DNA of 64,000 nt, from the NCBI GenBank assembly GCA_964527965.1, contig CAZGPH010000006.1:175-64174 (forward strand), given 5' to 3'. Below the pieces are notes generated by a model, which worked only from the letters and a program-made list of their open reading frames with translations, ran no database searches and was not told where the DNA came from. Positions 29,177 to 38,252 of the stretch are shown piece after piece (position 1 is the first letter of the stretch; each line of letters starts with the position of its first letter). Both the position numbers and the translations under genes were made by a program. The stretch is from an uncultured Marinoscillum sp. (lineage in GTDB: Bacteria > Bacteroidota > Bacteroidia > Cytophagales > MED-G16).

Positions 29177-31056
29177 TAGGCTCTTCCTTTAATTCCATCA
29201 CAATAATTCATAAAGGCTCTATTTGCTACTTTGTTACCTCCATGTGTAGGATAATTACCAGTAAAATACCAATCACCTAAGTTTTTAGGACAGGCTTTAT
29301 TTAAATCATCAATTTTTTGATAAATTATTTCTAAATCTGATTTAAAGTTTTTAGGCTTAACAATTTCGGTAATAGATTCAGATAATTCCTCATATGAGAA
29401 CATATCATATAATTCTTTTACATGATTATGAGCTTTATCAGAAGTCATACTTTTAATACATTTCTGATATATTTCTTTAATTTTTTTATCAGCTTTATTA
29501 ATTTTTAATAGTCTTATAAGGCCTCTAAATGCAACAAATTGATGCATTTTACTCATATCAATTCCATAACAATCAGGGTATCTAATCTGAGGAGAGGAAG
29601 AAACAAAAATTACTTTTTTTGCTTGTAGAGATGATAATAATGTCAATATACTTTTCTCTAAAGTAGTTCCCCTGACTATAGAATCATCGATTATTACCAT
29701 TGTATCTTTCTTTGGAGTTACAATACCACTTGTAGTATCGTAAATATTGGAGACTAACTCATTTCGACTATTATCATCAGTAATAAAGGTTCTCATCTTC
29801 ACATCCTTACTAACTAATTTTTCCATTCTAATTTTCAAAGAGATAAGATCATCTTTAGATCCTTTATATAATTTATTTTTAATAAAAACATCATTTTTTA
29901 ATAAATTAATATGATTTTTTAAACCATCTATCATACCATAGAAACAAGTCTCAGAGGTATTAGGAATATATGAAAATATTGTATTCTTTAAATCATTGTC
30001 AATAGAACTTAAAATTTTTGGTATTAATAACTTACCTAATTTCTTTCTCTCCTCATATATTTCAGGGTCATTACCTCTTGAAAAATAAATTCTCTCGAAA
30101 GAACAAGCCTTATCTTCTTTTTGTTCAACAAATTTCTCAATTGTATAGCTAGCATCTTTATTAATTATTAATGCGTGACCCCTCTCCACCTCATTAATTT
30201 CATTAAATTCACAACCAAATGCGGTTTTTATAGGTGGTCTTTCACTTGTAGCAACAATAACCTCATCATTAACATGGTAATATAATGGTCTAATTCCATT
30301 TGGATCTCTAGCTATAAAAGATGAACCATGGCCAATCATACCTGCCAATGCATATCCTCCATCAAAATCTTTAAATGAGTTTTGTAATATATTTTTTACA
30401 TTTATTTCTTCTTCTATTTTTTTAGAAATTTCTTTCTTAGATAATTTTTCGGAATACTTATTATAAATTCTATTATTTTCTTCATCTAAAAAATGTCCTA
30501 CTTTTTCTAAAATTGTTACAGTATCAGATTTTTCTTTTGGGCTCTGGCCAAGGTCTACTAAGACATTAAAAAGTTCATCAAGATTGGTCATATTAAAGTT
30601 TCCCGCAAAAATTAAATTTTTTGATCTCCAATTATTTTGTCTTAATGTAGGAGCACAATTTTCAATTGAATTACCTCCAAAAGTACCGTACCTAAGGTGA
30701 CCTAAACACTGTTCGCCTGTAAAAGCAATGTTTTCTTTGACCCATTCTTCCTTTAACTTATAATTAGGATTATCCTTTGCTTTGATAAATTTTTTATTGA
30801 TTTTATTGAAAATATCTTGGATAGAATCCTTTTTAACAGAACGGTATCTACTTATATATCTTTTACCAGGTTTTGTGTCTAGTTTTAAACAAGCCAAACC
30901 TGCTCCATCCTGACCTCTATTTCTTTGTTTATGCATCATCAAAAACATTTTATTTATAGCATAAGAAGGAGTGCCATACTTATCTATGAAATACTGAAGT
31001 GGTTTACGAAGACGAATGAATGCAATGCCACATTCATGTTTAATTTTATATTTCAT
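29173..31056 (-). CDS. purF: Amidophosphoribosyltransferase (long Bacteroidota form)
   Basis: HECGIA N-terminal nucleophile, NRGQDGAG, GHLRYGT, CSFERIYFSRG, DDSIVRGTT, YPDCYGIDM. Confidence 0.93.
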   Translation of the reverse strand: MKYKIKHECGIAFIRLRKPLQYFIDKYGTPSYAINKMFLMMHKQRNRGQDGAGLACLKLDTKPGKRYISRYRSVKKDSIQDIFNKINKKFIKAKDNPNYKLKEEWVKENIAFTGEQCLGHLRYGTFGGNSIENCAPTLRQNNWRSKNLIFAGNFNMTNLDELFNVLVDLGQSPKEKSDTVTILEKVGHFLDEENNRIYNKYSEKLSKKEISKKIEEEINVKNILQNSFKDFDGGYALAGMIGHGSSFIARDPNGIRPLYYHVNDEVIVATSERPPIKTAFGCEFNEINEVERGHALIINKDASYTIEKFVEQKEDKACSFERIYFSRGNDPEIYEERKKLGKLLIPKILSSIDNDLKNTIFSYIPNTSETCFYGMIDGLKNHINLLKNDVFIKNKLYKGSKDDLISLKIRMEKLVSKDVKMRTFITDDNSRNELVSNIYDTTSGIVTPKKDTMVIIDDSIVRGTTLEKSILTLLSSLQAKKVIFVSSSPQIRYPDCYGIDMSKMHQFVAFRGLIRLLKINKADKKIKEIYQKCIKSMTSDKAHNHVKELYDMFSYEELSESITEIVKPKNFKSDLEIIYQKIDDLNKACPKNLGDWYFTGNYPTHGGNKVANRAFMNYCDGIKGRAY

Positions 31057-31742
31057 CCGTAAATCTCTAATTTTATTTTTTTAGAATCAAATCCTAAATC
31101 TTTAAGGTTACCTCTAGCCTCTTTGATCATATCTCTCCATCCACACAAATAAAATATAGGATCTTCTAATTTATTATTTTTAATTAAGTCTAAGTACTGA
31201 TTATGAACATAACCGGTCATCCCTTCCCACTTTTCTCTGGATAATACTGGAATATATTTATAACCTTTTATTAAGTTCTCAAAATTTTTCATCTCTTCAG
31301 GATAGAGGATATCTTTTCTTTCTCTAGTCCCAAATATCAAATAAATGTTTTTATGATTTACTTTTTGATTAACTAAACTCTGAAGTATACTTCTAAAGGG
31401 AGCAATTCCAGTCCCAGTACATACAAATAAAATATCTCCACTAATAGTTTCTGGTAAGGTGAATTTACCTAAAGGTCCTTTAATCAGTATATTATCTCCT
31501 TCTTTAGCATGCTCAAATAGATAATTAGTCATTTTTCCACCTTCAAGCTTAACAATAATAAGTTCAAAAATATTTCCATCTATACCGTAGGAAGAAATAG
31601 AATAACTTCTAACTAAATCATTAACCTTAATCTGAACGAATTGACCTGGAATATATTTAAAATCAGAGTGAACTTTTATCACAAATTTCCATGTGATTTC
31701 TGTTTCTTTTTCTATAGAAATAAGAGTTGAGTCTTGCCACAT
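31053..31742 (-). CDS. FAD/NAD(P)-binding oxidoreductase, ferredoxin-NADP reductase-like
   Basis: PGQFV, RSYSIS, GTGIAPF, YLCGW, terminal EIYG. Confidence 0.9.
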   Translation of the reverse strand: MWQDSTLISIEKETEITWKFVIKVHSDFKYIPGQFVQIKVNDLVRSYSISSYGIDGNIFELIIVKLEGGKMTNYLFEHAKEGDNILIKGPLGKFTLPETISGDILFVCTGTGIAPFRSILQSLVNQKVNHKNIYLIFGTRERKDILYPEEMKNFENLIKGYKYIPVLSREKWEGMTGYVHNQYLDLIKNNKLEDPIFYLCGWRDMIKEARGNLKDLGFDSKKIKLEIYG

Positions 31743-31759
31743 TTTTTTTAAATGAACAA

Positions 31760-31767
31760 CAAATCTA
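31760..31767 (-). promoter_or_regulatory. -7 box TAGATTTG for the oxidoreductase-purF operon
   Basis: Exact match 17 nt before the ATG at 31742. Confidence 0.6.
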
Positions 31768-31961
31768 ATTCCTTAATTTTAGAAAAAAAACTTATTGTAC
31801 TTTTCAAAGATTTTTGAATATTAATAGTTTAAAATCTTAAAAAATCGAATGTTTTAAAAAGTCAATACTTGAAAAAATTTTTTTAATTAATAAAAATCAA
31901 TAATATTTGAATCCCTATTTAACAAATAGCAAATTTTATATAAACCACTAATTCTAATTTA

Positions 31962-33299
31962 ATGCAAAATAAGCATTGGGAAAACTGTTTGTCTTTAATT
32001 AAAAGTAAAATAAATATTCAGAGTTATATTACTTGGTTCAAACCTATAAAGGCTACTCAATTTAAAAATAAAACTTTAACACTTCAGGTACCTAATAAAT
32101 TTTTTTATGAATGGATTGAAGAACACTATATTGAATTATTAAATGAGGTTATAATTAAAGTTATTGGAAATGAAGGTAAAATTGAATACGAAATTTCTAA
32201 AGAACAGATACTCAATTCAGAAACAAATGAAATAAAAGAAATTGTAACTGATAAAAAAAATACGAAATCAAAATTTGACAATCTTAACAGAAAATTTAAT
32301 TTCAAAACTTTTATATCAGGTAAATGTAATAGTGTTGCAAAAGCGGCTGGAAAAAGAATTTCAAAGAGCCCAGGGAATAATCCGTTTAACCCTCTTATGA
32401 TATATGGAGGAGTAGGACTTGGAAAGACTCACCTATTACAATCTATCGGAAATAAAATCTCAAAGAATTGTAATTTATCTGTTTACTATATCACATCCGA
32501 AAAGTTTGCCAGTCAGTTTATAGATGCGCTTAAAGAAAATAAATTAAAAGATTTTACAACCTTCTACTCAAATATTGAATGTTTAATTATAGATGATGTA
32601 CAGTTCTTTAAAGGTAAGGTAAAGACACAAGAGGTATTTTTTCATATTTTCAATCAACTAAATCTTAATAGAAAACAAATTATTTTAGCTGCTGATAAAT
32701 CACCTGTAGAGCTAGAAGGTCTAACCAGCAGACTAATTAGTAGATTTAAATCTGGCTTAACAGTTGAGCTAGAAAAACCTGATTATGAGACAAGATTAGA
32801 TATTCTTAATCATAAAATAAGAGAAGAGGGACTCACTATTGAAAAGGATATAGTAGAGTTTATTGCTTTTCAAGTTGATACTAATATTAGAGAGCTTGAA
32901 GGCGTTTTAATTTCTTTATTAGCTCACTCCACTATTAATAAAAAAAGTATTGATATAGATTTAGCTAAATCAGTAATAAATAAAATTGTTAAGAATACTA
33001 AAATAGAAATTGATATTAAATATATTCAAGATGTAGTATCAAAATATTTCAATATTAGTATTGAGGACATGAAAGATAAAGCTAGAAAAAAAGAAATAGT
33101 TATTGCAAGACAAGTTGCAATGTACTTCTCAAAAGATTTTACAAATAACTCTTTAAAATCGATTGGTTTTCATTTTGGTGGTAGAGATCACAGTACCGTT
33201 ATTCATGCTGTTCAATCTGTTAATGATATGATTGACACAGACTCTATTTTCAGAAAAAACATCAAAGAAATCAACAGAAGAATTTCTGTAAGTAATTAA
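31962..33299 (+). CDS. dnaA: Chromosomal replication initiator DnaA
   Basis: TWFKPI, Walker A GGVGLGKTHL, IDDVQF, RLISRF, NIRELEG, domain IV RQVAMY and GGRDHSTVIHA. Confidence 0.98.
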   Translation: MQNKHWENCLSLIKSKINIQSYITWFKPIKATQFKNKTLTLQVPNKFFYEWIEEHYIELLNEVIIKVIGNEGKIEYEISKEQILNSETNEIKEIVTDKKNTKSKFDNLNRKFNFKTFISGKCNSVAKAAGKRISKSPGNNPFNPLMIYGGVGLGKTHLLQSIGNKISKNCNLSVYYITSEKFASQFIDALKENKLKDFTTFYSNIECLIIDDVQFFKGKVKTQEVFFHIFNQLNLNRKQIILAADKSPVELEGLTSRLISRFKSGLTVELEKPDYETRLDILNHKIREEGLTIEKDIVEFIAFQVDTNIRELEGVLISLLAHSTINKKSIDIDLAKSVINKIVKNTKIEIDIKYIQDVVSKYFNISIEDMKDKARKKEIVIARQVAMYFSKDFTNNSLKSIGFHFGGRDHSTVIHAVQSVNDMIDTDSIFRKNIKEINRRISVSN

Positions 33300-33329
33300 T
33301 CAAAAAAGTATTATTTATTTTTTGCATAT

Positions 33330-34850
33330 TTGAAATGCAAAATTATGTTTTCAAAATTTATAATTTCTTTTTTAAAAATATTGAAGTCTTTTGATAGGTC
33401 ATATTCTATTCAAAATAAAAATCAAAAACAGGCAAATAAAATCCAAAAAAATCTATTAAATAAACTAATTAAAAAATCCATAAAAACTGATTTTGGTATA
33501 GATCATGATTTTAAAAATATTAAAACTTATAATGATTTTAAGACAAATGTCCCAGTTAGAGATTATGAAGAAATAAAAAAATATATTAATAAAATAAAAA
33601 AAGGCGAAGATGATATTTTATGGCCTGGAAAACCTTTGTATTTAGCAAAAACATCAGGAACAACTTCAGGAACTAAGTATATTCCTCTCACAAAAGAATC
33701 TCTAAAGAATCAAATAAACTCAGCGAGCTATCTACTTATCAAGTATCTAATTAATAAAAAAAAATTGAGTGCTTTAATGGGAAAAGTTATGTTTATTTCA
33801 GGGTCACCTATTCTTGAATCAAAAAATAATATTATGACTGGGAGATTATCTGGAATAGTGAACTATCATGAGCCATTTTATTTAAAGCCAATAATTTTAC
33901 CATCTAAAAAAACTAATAGAATTAAGGACTGGGAAAAAAAAATTGATAAAATAGCAGATGAGACTATCGGAAGAGATCTAAGAATAATTGGAGGTATACC
34001 ACCATGGATTCAAATGTATTTTGATGTTTTAGAAAATAAAACTGGAAAAAAAATAATAAATATTTTTCCTAATTTAGAGCTTATTTGCCATGGAGGAGTG
34101 AATTTTGATCCATACAAAAACAATTTATTTAATTCTATAGGAAAAAAGATTGATACATTAGAGACTTTTCCTGCATCAGAAGGTTTCTTTGCCTATCAAA
34201 ATAAGATCGAAGAAGAAGATTTAATTCTTCAAATTAATTCTGGAATATTTTATGAGTTTATTGAATTGAGTGAATTAGAAAAAAATAATCCTAATAGGTT
34301 GATGGTAGGAGAAGTAAAATTAGATAAAAATTATGCTATGATTATTTCAACTAATGCTGGATTATGGTCATATGCTATAGGAGATACTATAAAATTCACA
34401 AACTTAAATCCATTAAAAATTAAGGTGACCGGTAGGACCAAACATTATCTCTCAACTTTTGGAGAACATGTAATTGTTGAGGAAGTTGACAAAGCATTAA
34501 ATAATGCATGTAAAAAATTTAATAATATTCAAATTGTAGAATACACAGTCGGCCCTAAAATAATTAATATAAAAGGAAAATCTCACCACGAGTGGTTAAT
34601 AGAATTTAAGAATACTCCTAAGAATATAGATTTATTTGAAAAAGAAATTGATAATAATCTTCGGAGTTTAAATCCTTATTATAATGATTTGATAAAAGAT
34701 GGAGTTTTAACTACTCTTAAAATTAAAATTATGAAAAAGAAATCATTTATTAATTTTATGAAATCAATTGGAAAGCTTGGTGGCCAAAATAAAGTCCCTC
34801 GAATCTCAAATGATAGAAAATTCATAACAAAAATATTAAATACAATTTAG
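33330..34850 (+). CDS. GH3 auxin-responsive promoter family protein (ANL-like adenylating enzyme)
   Basis: KTSGTTSGTKYIP, GRLSGI, ETFPASEGFF, YAIGDTI, GRTKH, GGQNKVPR. Alternative start ATG 33345. Confidence 0.9.
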   Translation: MKCKIMFSKFIISFLKILKSFDRSYSIQNKNQKQANKIQKNLLNKLIKKSIKTDFGIDHDFKNIKTYNDFKTNVPVRDYEEIKKYINKIKKGEDDILWPGKPLYLAKTSGTTSGTKYIPLTKESLKNQINSASYLLIKYLINKKKLSALMGKVMFISGSPILESKNNIMTGRLSGIVNYHEPFYLKPIILPSKKTNRIKDWEKKIDKIADETIGRDLRIIGGIPPWIQMYFDVLENKTGKKIINIFPNLELICHGGVNFDPYKNNLFNSIGKKIDTLETFPASEGFFAYQNKIEEEDLILQINSGIFYEFIELSELEKNNPNRLMVGEVKLDKNYAMIISTNAGLWSYAIGDTIKFTNLNPLKIKVTGRTKHYLSTFGEHVIVEEVDKALNNACKKFNNIQIVEYTVGPKIINIKGKSHHEWLIEFKNTPKNIDLFEKEIDNNLRSLNPYYNDLIKDGVLTTLKIKIMKKKSFINFMKSIGKLGGQNKVPRISNDRKFITKILNTI

Positions 34851-36005
34851 GTGAAAAAGATAGCAATCCTCGGGTCAACAGGCTCTATTGGCACTCAAAC
34901 TTTAGAAGTAATATCTCACATAAAAGGACTATTTAAAGTAGACCTTTTATCTGCATATTCAAATTATAATTTATTGATAGAACAAGCAAAAAAATTTAAA
35001 CCTAAAACGTTAATATTTGGAGATAGTTCCAAATCAAAAATTTTAGAAAAGAATTTAAAAAATGAAAAAATTGATATTTTATATGGAGAAGAAGCATTAA
35101 ATAACTTCTATAAATATTGTGATCCTGATATTGTCCTCACAGCCCTTGTAGGAAAATCTGGATTAATACCTACTATAAATGCAATTAATCAAAATATAAA
35201 TATAGCATTAGCCAATAAAGAAACTTTAGTTGTTGCTGGAGATATTATAACAAAATTATGTAAAGATAATAATGTAAATATATTACCAGTAGATTCTGAG
35301 CACTCTGCAATTTATCAGTGTTTACTTGGTGAAAAGAATAAAAATATTGAAAAAATTATACTCACAGCATCAGGAGGACCCTTTAGAGGAAAGAGTATTG
35401 AAGACTTGAAGTATATTAAAAAGGAAGATGCTCTTAACCATCCAAATTGGGATATGGGCAATAAAATAAGTATTGATTCTTCTACTCTAATGAATAAAGG
35501 TTTAGAAGTTATAGAGGCTAAATACTTATTTGATATCGATATAAATTCAATTGAAGTAGTTATTCACCCTCAATCAATAATTCATTCAATGGTTGAATTT
35601 AATGATGGGTCAATAAAAGCACAAATGGGTGAACCAGATATGAAATTACCTATTCAATTTGCACTTGGTTATCCAGAAAGATTAAGAAATAATTTCAAAA
35701 GATTTAATTTCTTAAAGAATAATACCTTAAACTTTGAGAAACCATGTCTCAAAACATTTAATAATCTTAAACTAGCATTTGAAGCTGGGGAAAAAGGAGG
35801 AAATAGTCCATGTATACTTAATGCATCTAATGAAGTAGTGGTTGAAGCTTTTCTTAATGAGAAAATTAATTATCTAGATATGACGAAATTTATTGAAGAT
35901 TCTTTAAATAAAATATCATATATTGCGACACCAAATCTGGAACAATTAATTGAGACAGATTTACTTACGAGAAGTTTTATTAATAAAAAAATTAAATCTT
36001 TATAG
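34851..36005 (+). CDS. dxr: 1-deoxy-D-xylulose 5-phosphate reductoisomerase
   Basis: LGSTGSIG, ANKETLV, PVDSEHSA, TASGGPF, HPNWDMG.KISIDS, NKGLEVIEA. Confidence 0.98.
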   Translation: MKKIAILGSTGSIGTQTLEVISHIKGLFKVDLLSAYSNYNLLIEQAKKFKPKTLIFGDSSKSKILEKNLKNEKIDILYGEEALNNFYKYCDPDIVLTALVGKSGLIPTINAINQNINIALANKETLVVAGDIITKLCKDNNVNILPVDSEHSAIYQCLLGEKNKNIEKIILTASGGPFRGKSIEDLKYIKKEDALNHPNWDMGNKISIDSSTLMNKGLEVIEAKYLFDIDINSIEVVIHPQSIIHSMVEFNDGSIKAQMGEPDMKLPIQFALGYPERLRNNFKRFNFLKNNTLNFEKPCLKTFNNLKLAFEAGEKGGNSPCILNASNEVVVEAFLNEKINYLDMTKFIEDSLNKISYIATPNLEQLIETDLLTRSFINKKIKSL

Positions 36006-36007
36006 AA

Positions 36008-37321
36008 ATGGATGGTATTATAATGGCAGCTCAAATGATTCTAGCATTATCAATTATAGTTGGTATTCATGAATTTGGTCATCTACTTGCTGCTAAACTT
36101 TTTGGGATGAGAGTTGAAAAATACTTTATCGGTTTTCCACCAAAAATATTTAGTTTCAACTATAAAGGAACCGAGTATGGATTAGGTTCAATACCCTTAG
36201 GAGGATTTGTTAAAATCTCTGGTATAATTGATGAATCAATGGATACCACTCATCTAAAAAAAGAACCTGAAGAATGGGAATTTAGATCTAAGCCTGCATG
36301 GCAAAGGTTAATTGTAATGTTAGGAGGAATAATATTTAATGTGATTACTGGATTAATAATTTTCACTTCTATTACATATTATAATGGAGAAATTTATCTT
36401 TCTAAAGATGAGATAAATAAAAATGGAATTCTGGCATTAGAGTTGGGAAAAGAAGCTGGTTTTGAAACTGGAGATAAAATTTTATTGATAAATGGAAATG
36501 ATTGGGAAAGAGATGCTGAGTTATTTAATCCAAATTTGTTTTTTGATGATAATACAATATTTAGAGTTGATAGAGAAGGTCAAGAAATAGATATTAAAAT
36601 CCCAGATAATTTTATTAATAAAATGAATAACAGAGAAGCTTTATCATCTTTTTTAAAAGCAAGAACTCCATTTATAGTAGATAGCGTTTATAATAATGCC
36701 CTTAAAGCTGGTATAATAAAAGGTGACAGGATAATTAAAATTGAAGAAAATTATATTGTTGATTTATATGAACTTAAATCAATTCTAGAAAAAAATAAAA
36801 GTTCAATAATTCAAGTCACTATCAAAAGAGAAAATAAAAATATTGAAAAGGTTGTTGAAATTTCAAAAGATGCAACAATTGGAATATTAGCATTAAATGA
36901 GCCTCTAATTTTCAGTGAAAAAAAATATAACTTATCAGAATCCTTCGTTCTAGGAACCAAAAAAGCTTTTGGTATTGTATTTCTAAATATTAGAGCTTTT
37001 GGCAAAATGTTTTCTGGTGATATTGACCCTTCAAAAAATTTAAGTGGGCCAATAGGTATCGCTCAGATATTTGGGTCAGAATGGGACTGGGGAAATTTCT
37101 GGAGAATTGTTGGGTTGTTATCAATGGTTTTAGCGTTTATGAATTTACTTCCTATACCTGCTCTTGATGGAGGTCATGCTACTTTTATTTTATATGAGAT
37201 GGTGTCAGGAAAGAAGCCAACAGAAAAGTTTTTAGAATATTCTACAAGATTTGGAGTTATTATACTACTTGGGTTAATGTCATATGTTATTCTAAATGAT
37301 ATTTATAAATTATTTATATGA
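36008..37321 (+). CDS. rseP: RIP metalloprotease RseP
   Basis: HEFGH Zn motif, PLGGFVKI, PDZ-like region, NLLPIPALDGGH. Confidence 0.96.
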   Translation: MDGIIMAAQMILALSIIVGIHEFGHLLAAKLFGMRVEKYFIGFPPKIFSFNYKGTEYGLGSIPLGGFVKISGIIDESMDTTHLKKEPEEWEFRSKPAWQRLIVMLGGIIFNVITGLIIFTSITYYNGEIYLSKDEINKNGILALELGKEAGFETGDKILLINGNDWERDAELFNPNLFFDDNTIFRVDREGQEIDIKIPDNFINKMNNREALSSFLKARTPFIVDSVYNNALKAGIIKGDRIIKIEENYIVDLYELKSILEKNKSSIIQVTIKRENKNIEKVVEISKDATIGILALNEPLIFSEKKYNLSESFVLGTKKAFGIVFLNIRAFGKMFSGDIDPSKNLSGPIGIAQIFGSEWDWGNFWRIVGLLSMVLAFMNLLPIPALDGGHATFILYEMVSGKKPTEKFLEYSTRFGVIILLGLMSYVILNDIYKLFI

Positions 37322-37325
37322 TAAG

Positions 37326-38243
37326 TTGAAATATATTTTTCAACAATTTCTTTTTTTAATTTCACTATTATTTTGTTTTAATTCCTATTCTCAAGAACAA
37401 AATTTAAGATTTTTAGAAATACACGATGATGCTCGAATTAACGCATTAGGTGGTAATAACATTTCGTCATTCAATGAGAATCCTTATTTTTTTTTAAATC
37501 CTTCATTTATTGGTGAAAAAAAAATATCAATCAATTACCTAAAATATATATTAGATATAAATTCCTCTAGTATATTATATTCTGATAGCATAAATTATAT
37601 CGGAAAATTTGGAGTTGGTATTAAATATTTTTCACATGGAAAATTCAAAGGATTTGATCATAGGGGTAATTATACTGGTGACTTTTTCCCAAAAGAATAT
37701 TTAATAAATTTTGGAAAATCTTATACATTTTCAAATATATCAATAGGTACAAATATTAAATTTTTTAATTCTAAATTATATGATGAGTCGTATTCTGGTT
37801 TTCTTATTGATGTTGGAATGAATTATATACCAGATAAAATAAATAATTTAACATTAGCTCTAGTATTATCTAATTATGGATTTTTATTAACTAATAATCA
37901 TACAGATTTACCTTCAAATATTAAAGTTGGATTAACGTTTAAACCAGAATATATGCCTTTAAGTTTTTCATTTACATTTTATCAACCTCAAAAAAATAAT
38001 TTTTTAAGTCAAAATATCTCATTGGGAATAGAGATTTTATTTTCTAAATATTTTAATATTTTGGTAGGATATAATCATAGAAATAATAAAAGCTTCAAAC
38101 TTAATACTGAAAAGTTAAGAGGAATATCCTATGGACTAGAATTAACACTAAAAAGAATTAATTTAAATTATTCTAGATTAATTTTGAATTCTATAAGTAA
38201 TTCAAATAATATCTCAATTAATTATAATTTGAAAAAAAATTAA
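37326..38243 (+). CDS. PorQ/PorV-like beta-barrel (type IX secretion-associated)
   Basis: Signal peptide + Q, ARINALGGNNIS, NP..., amphipathic strands, D.G.NY. In-frame TTG 37326 preferred over the ATG at 37296 inside rseP. Confidence 0.7.
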   Translation: MKYIFQQFLFLISLLFCFNSYSQEQNLRFLEIHDDARINALGGNNISSFNENPYFFLNPSFIGEKKISINYLKYILDINSSSILYSDSINYIGKFGVGIKYFSHGKFKGFDHRGNYTGDFFPKEYLINFGKSYTFSNISIGTNIKFFNSKLYDESYSGFLIDVGMNYIPDKINNLTLALVLSNYGFLLTNNHTDLPSNIKVGLTFKPEYMPLSFSFTFYQPQKNNFLSQNISLGIEILFSKYFNILVGYNHRNNKSFKLNTEKLRGISYGLELTLKRINLNYSRLILNSISNSNNISINYNLKKN

Positions 38244-38248
38244 ATTTG
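38241..38248 (+). promoter_or_regulatory. -7 box TAAATTTG for hslU
   Basis: Exact match 4 nt before the hslU ATG. Confidence 0.6.
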
Positions 38249-38252
38249 AAAT

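Noticed and set aside
31743-31961. oriC upstream of dnaA
   Set aside because: No TTATCCACA or close DnaA boxes (best match TAAACCACT has 3 mismatches), and no gene-strand switch pattern that supports an origin.
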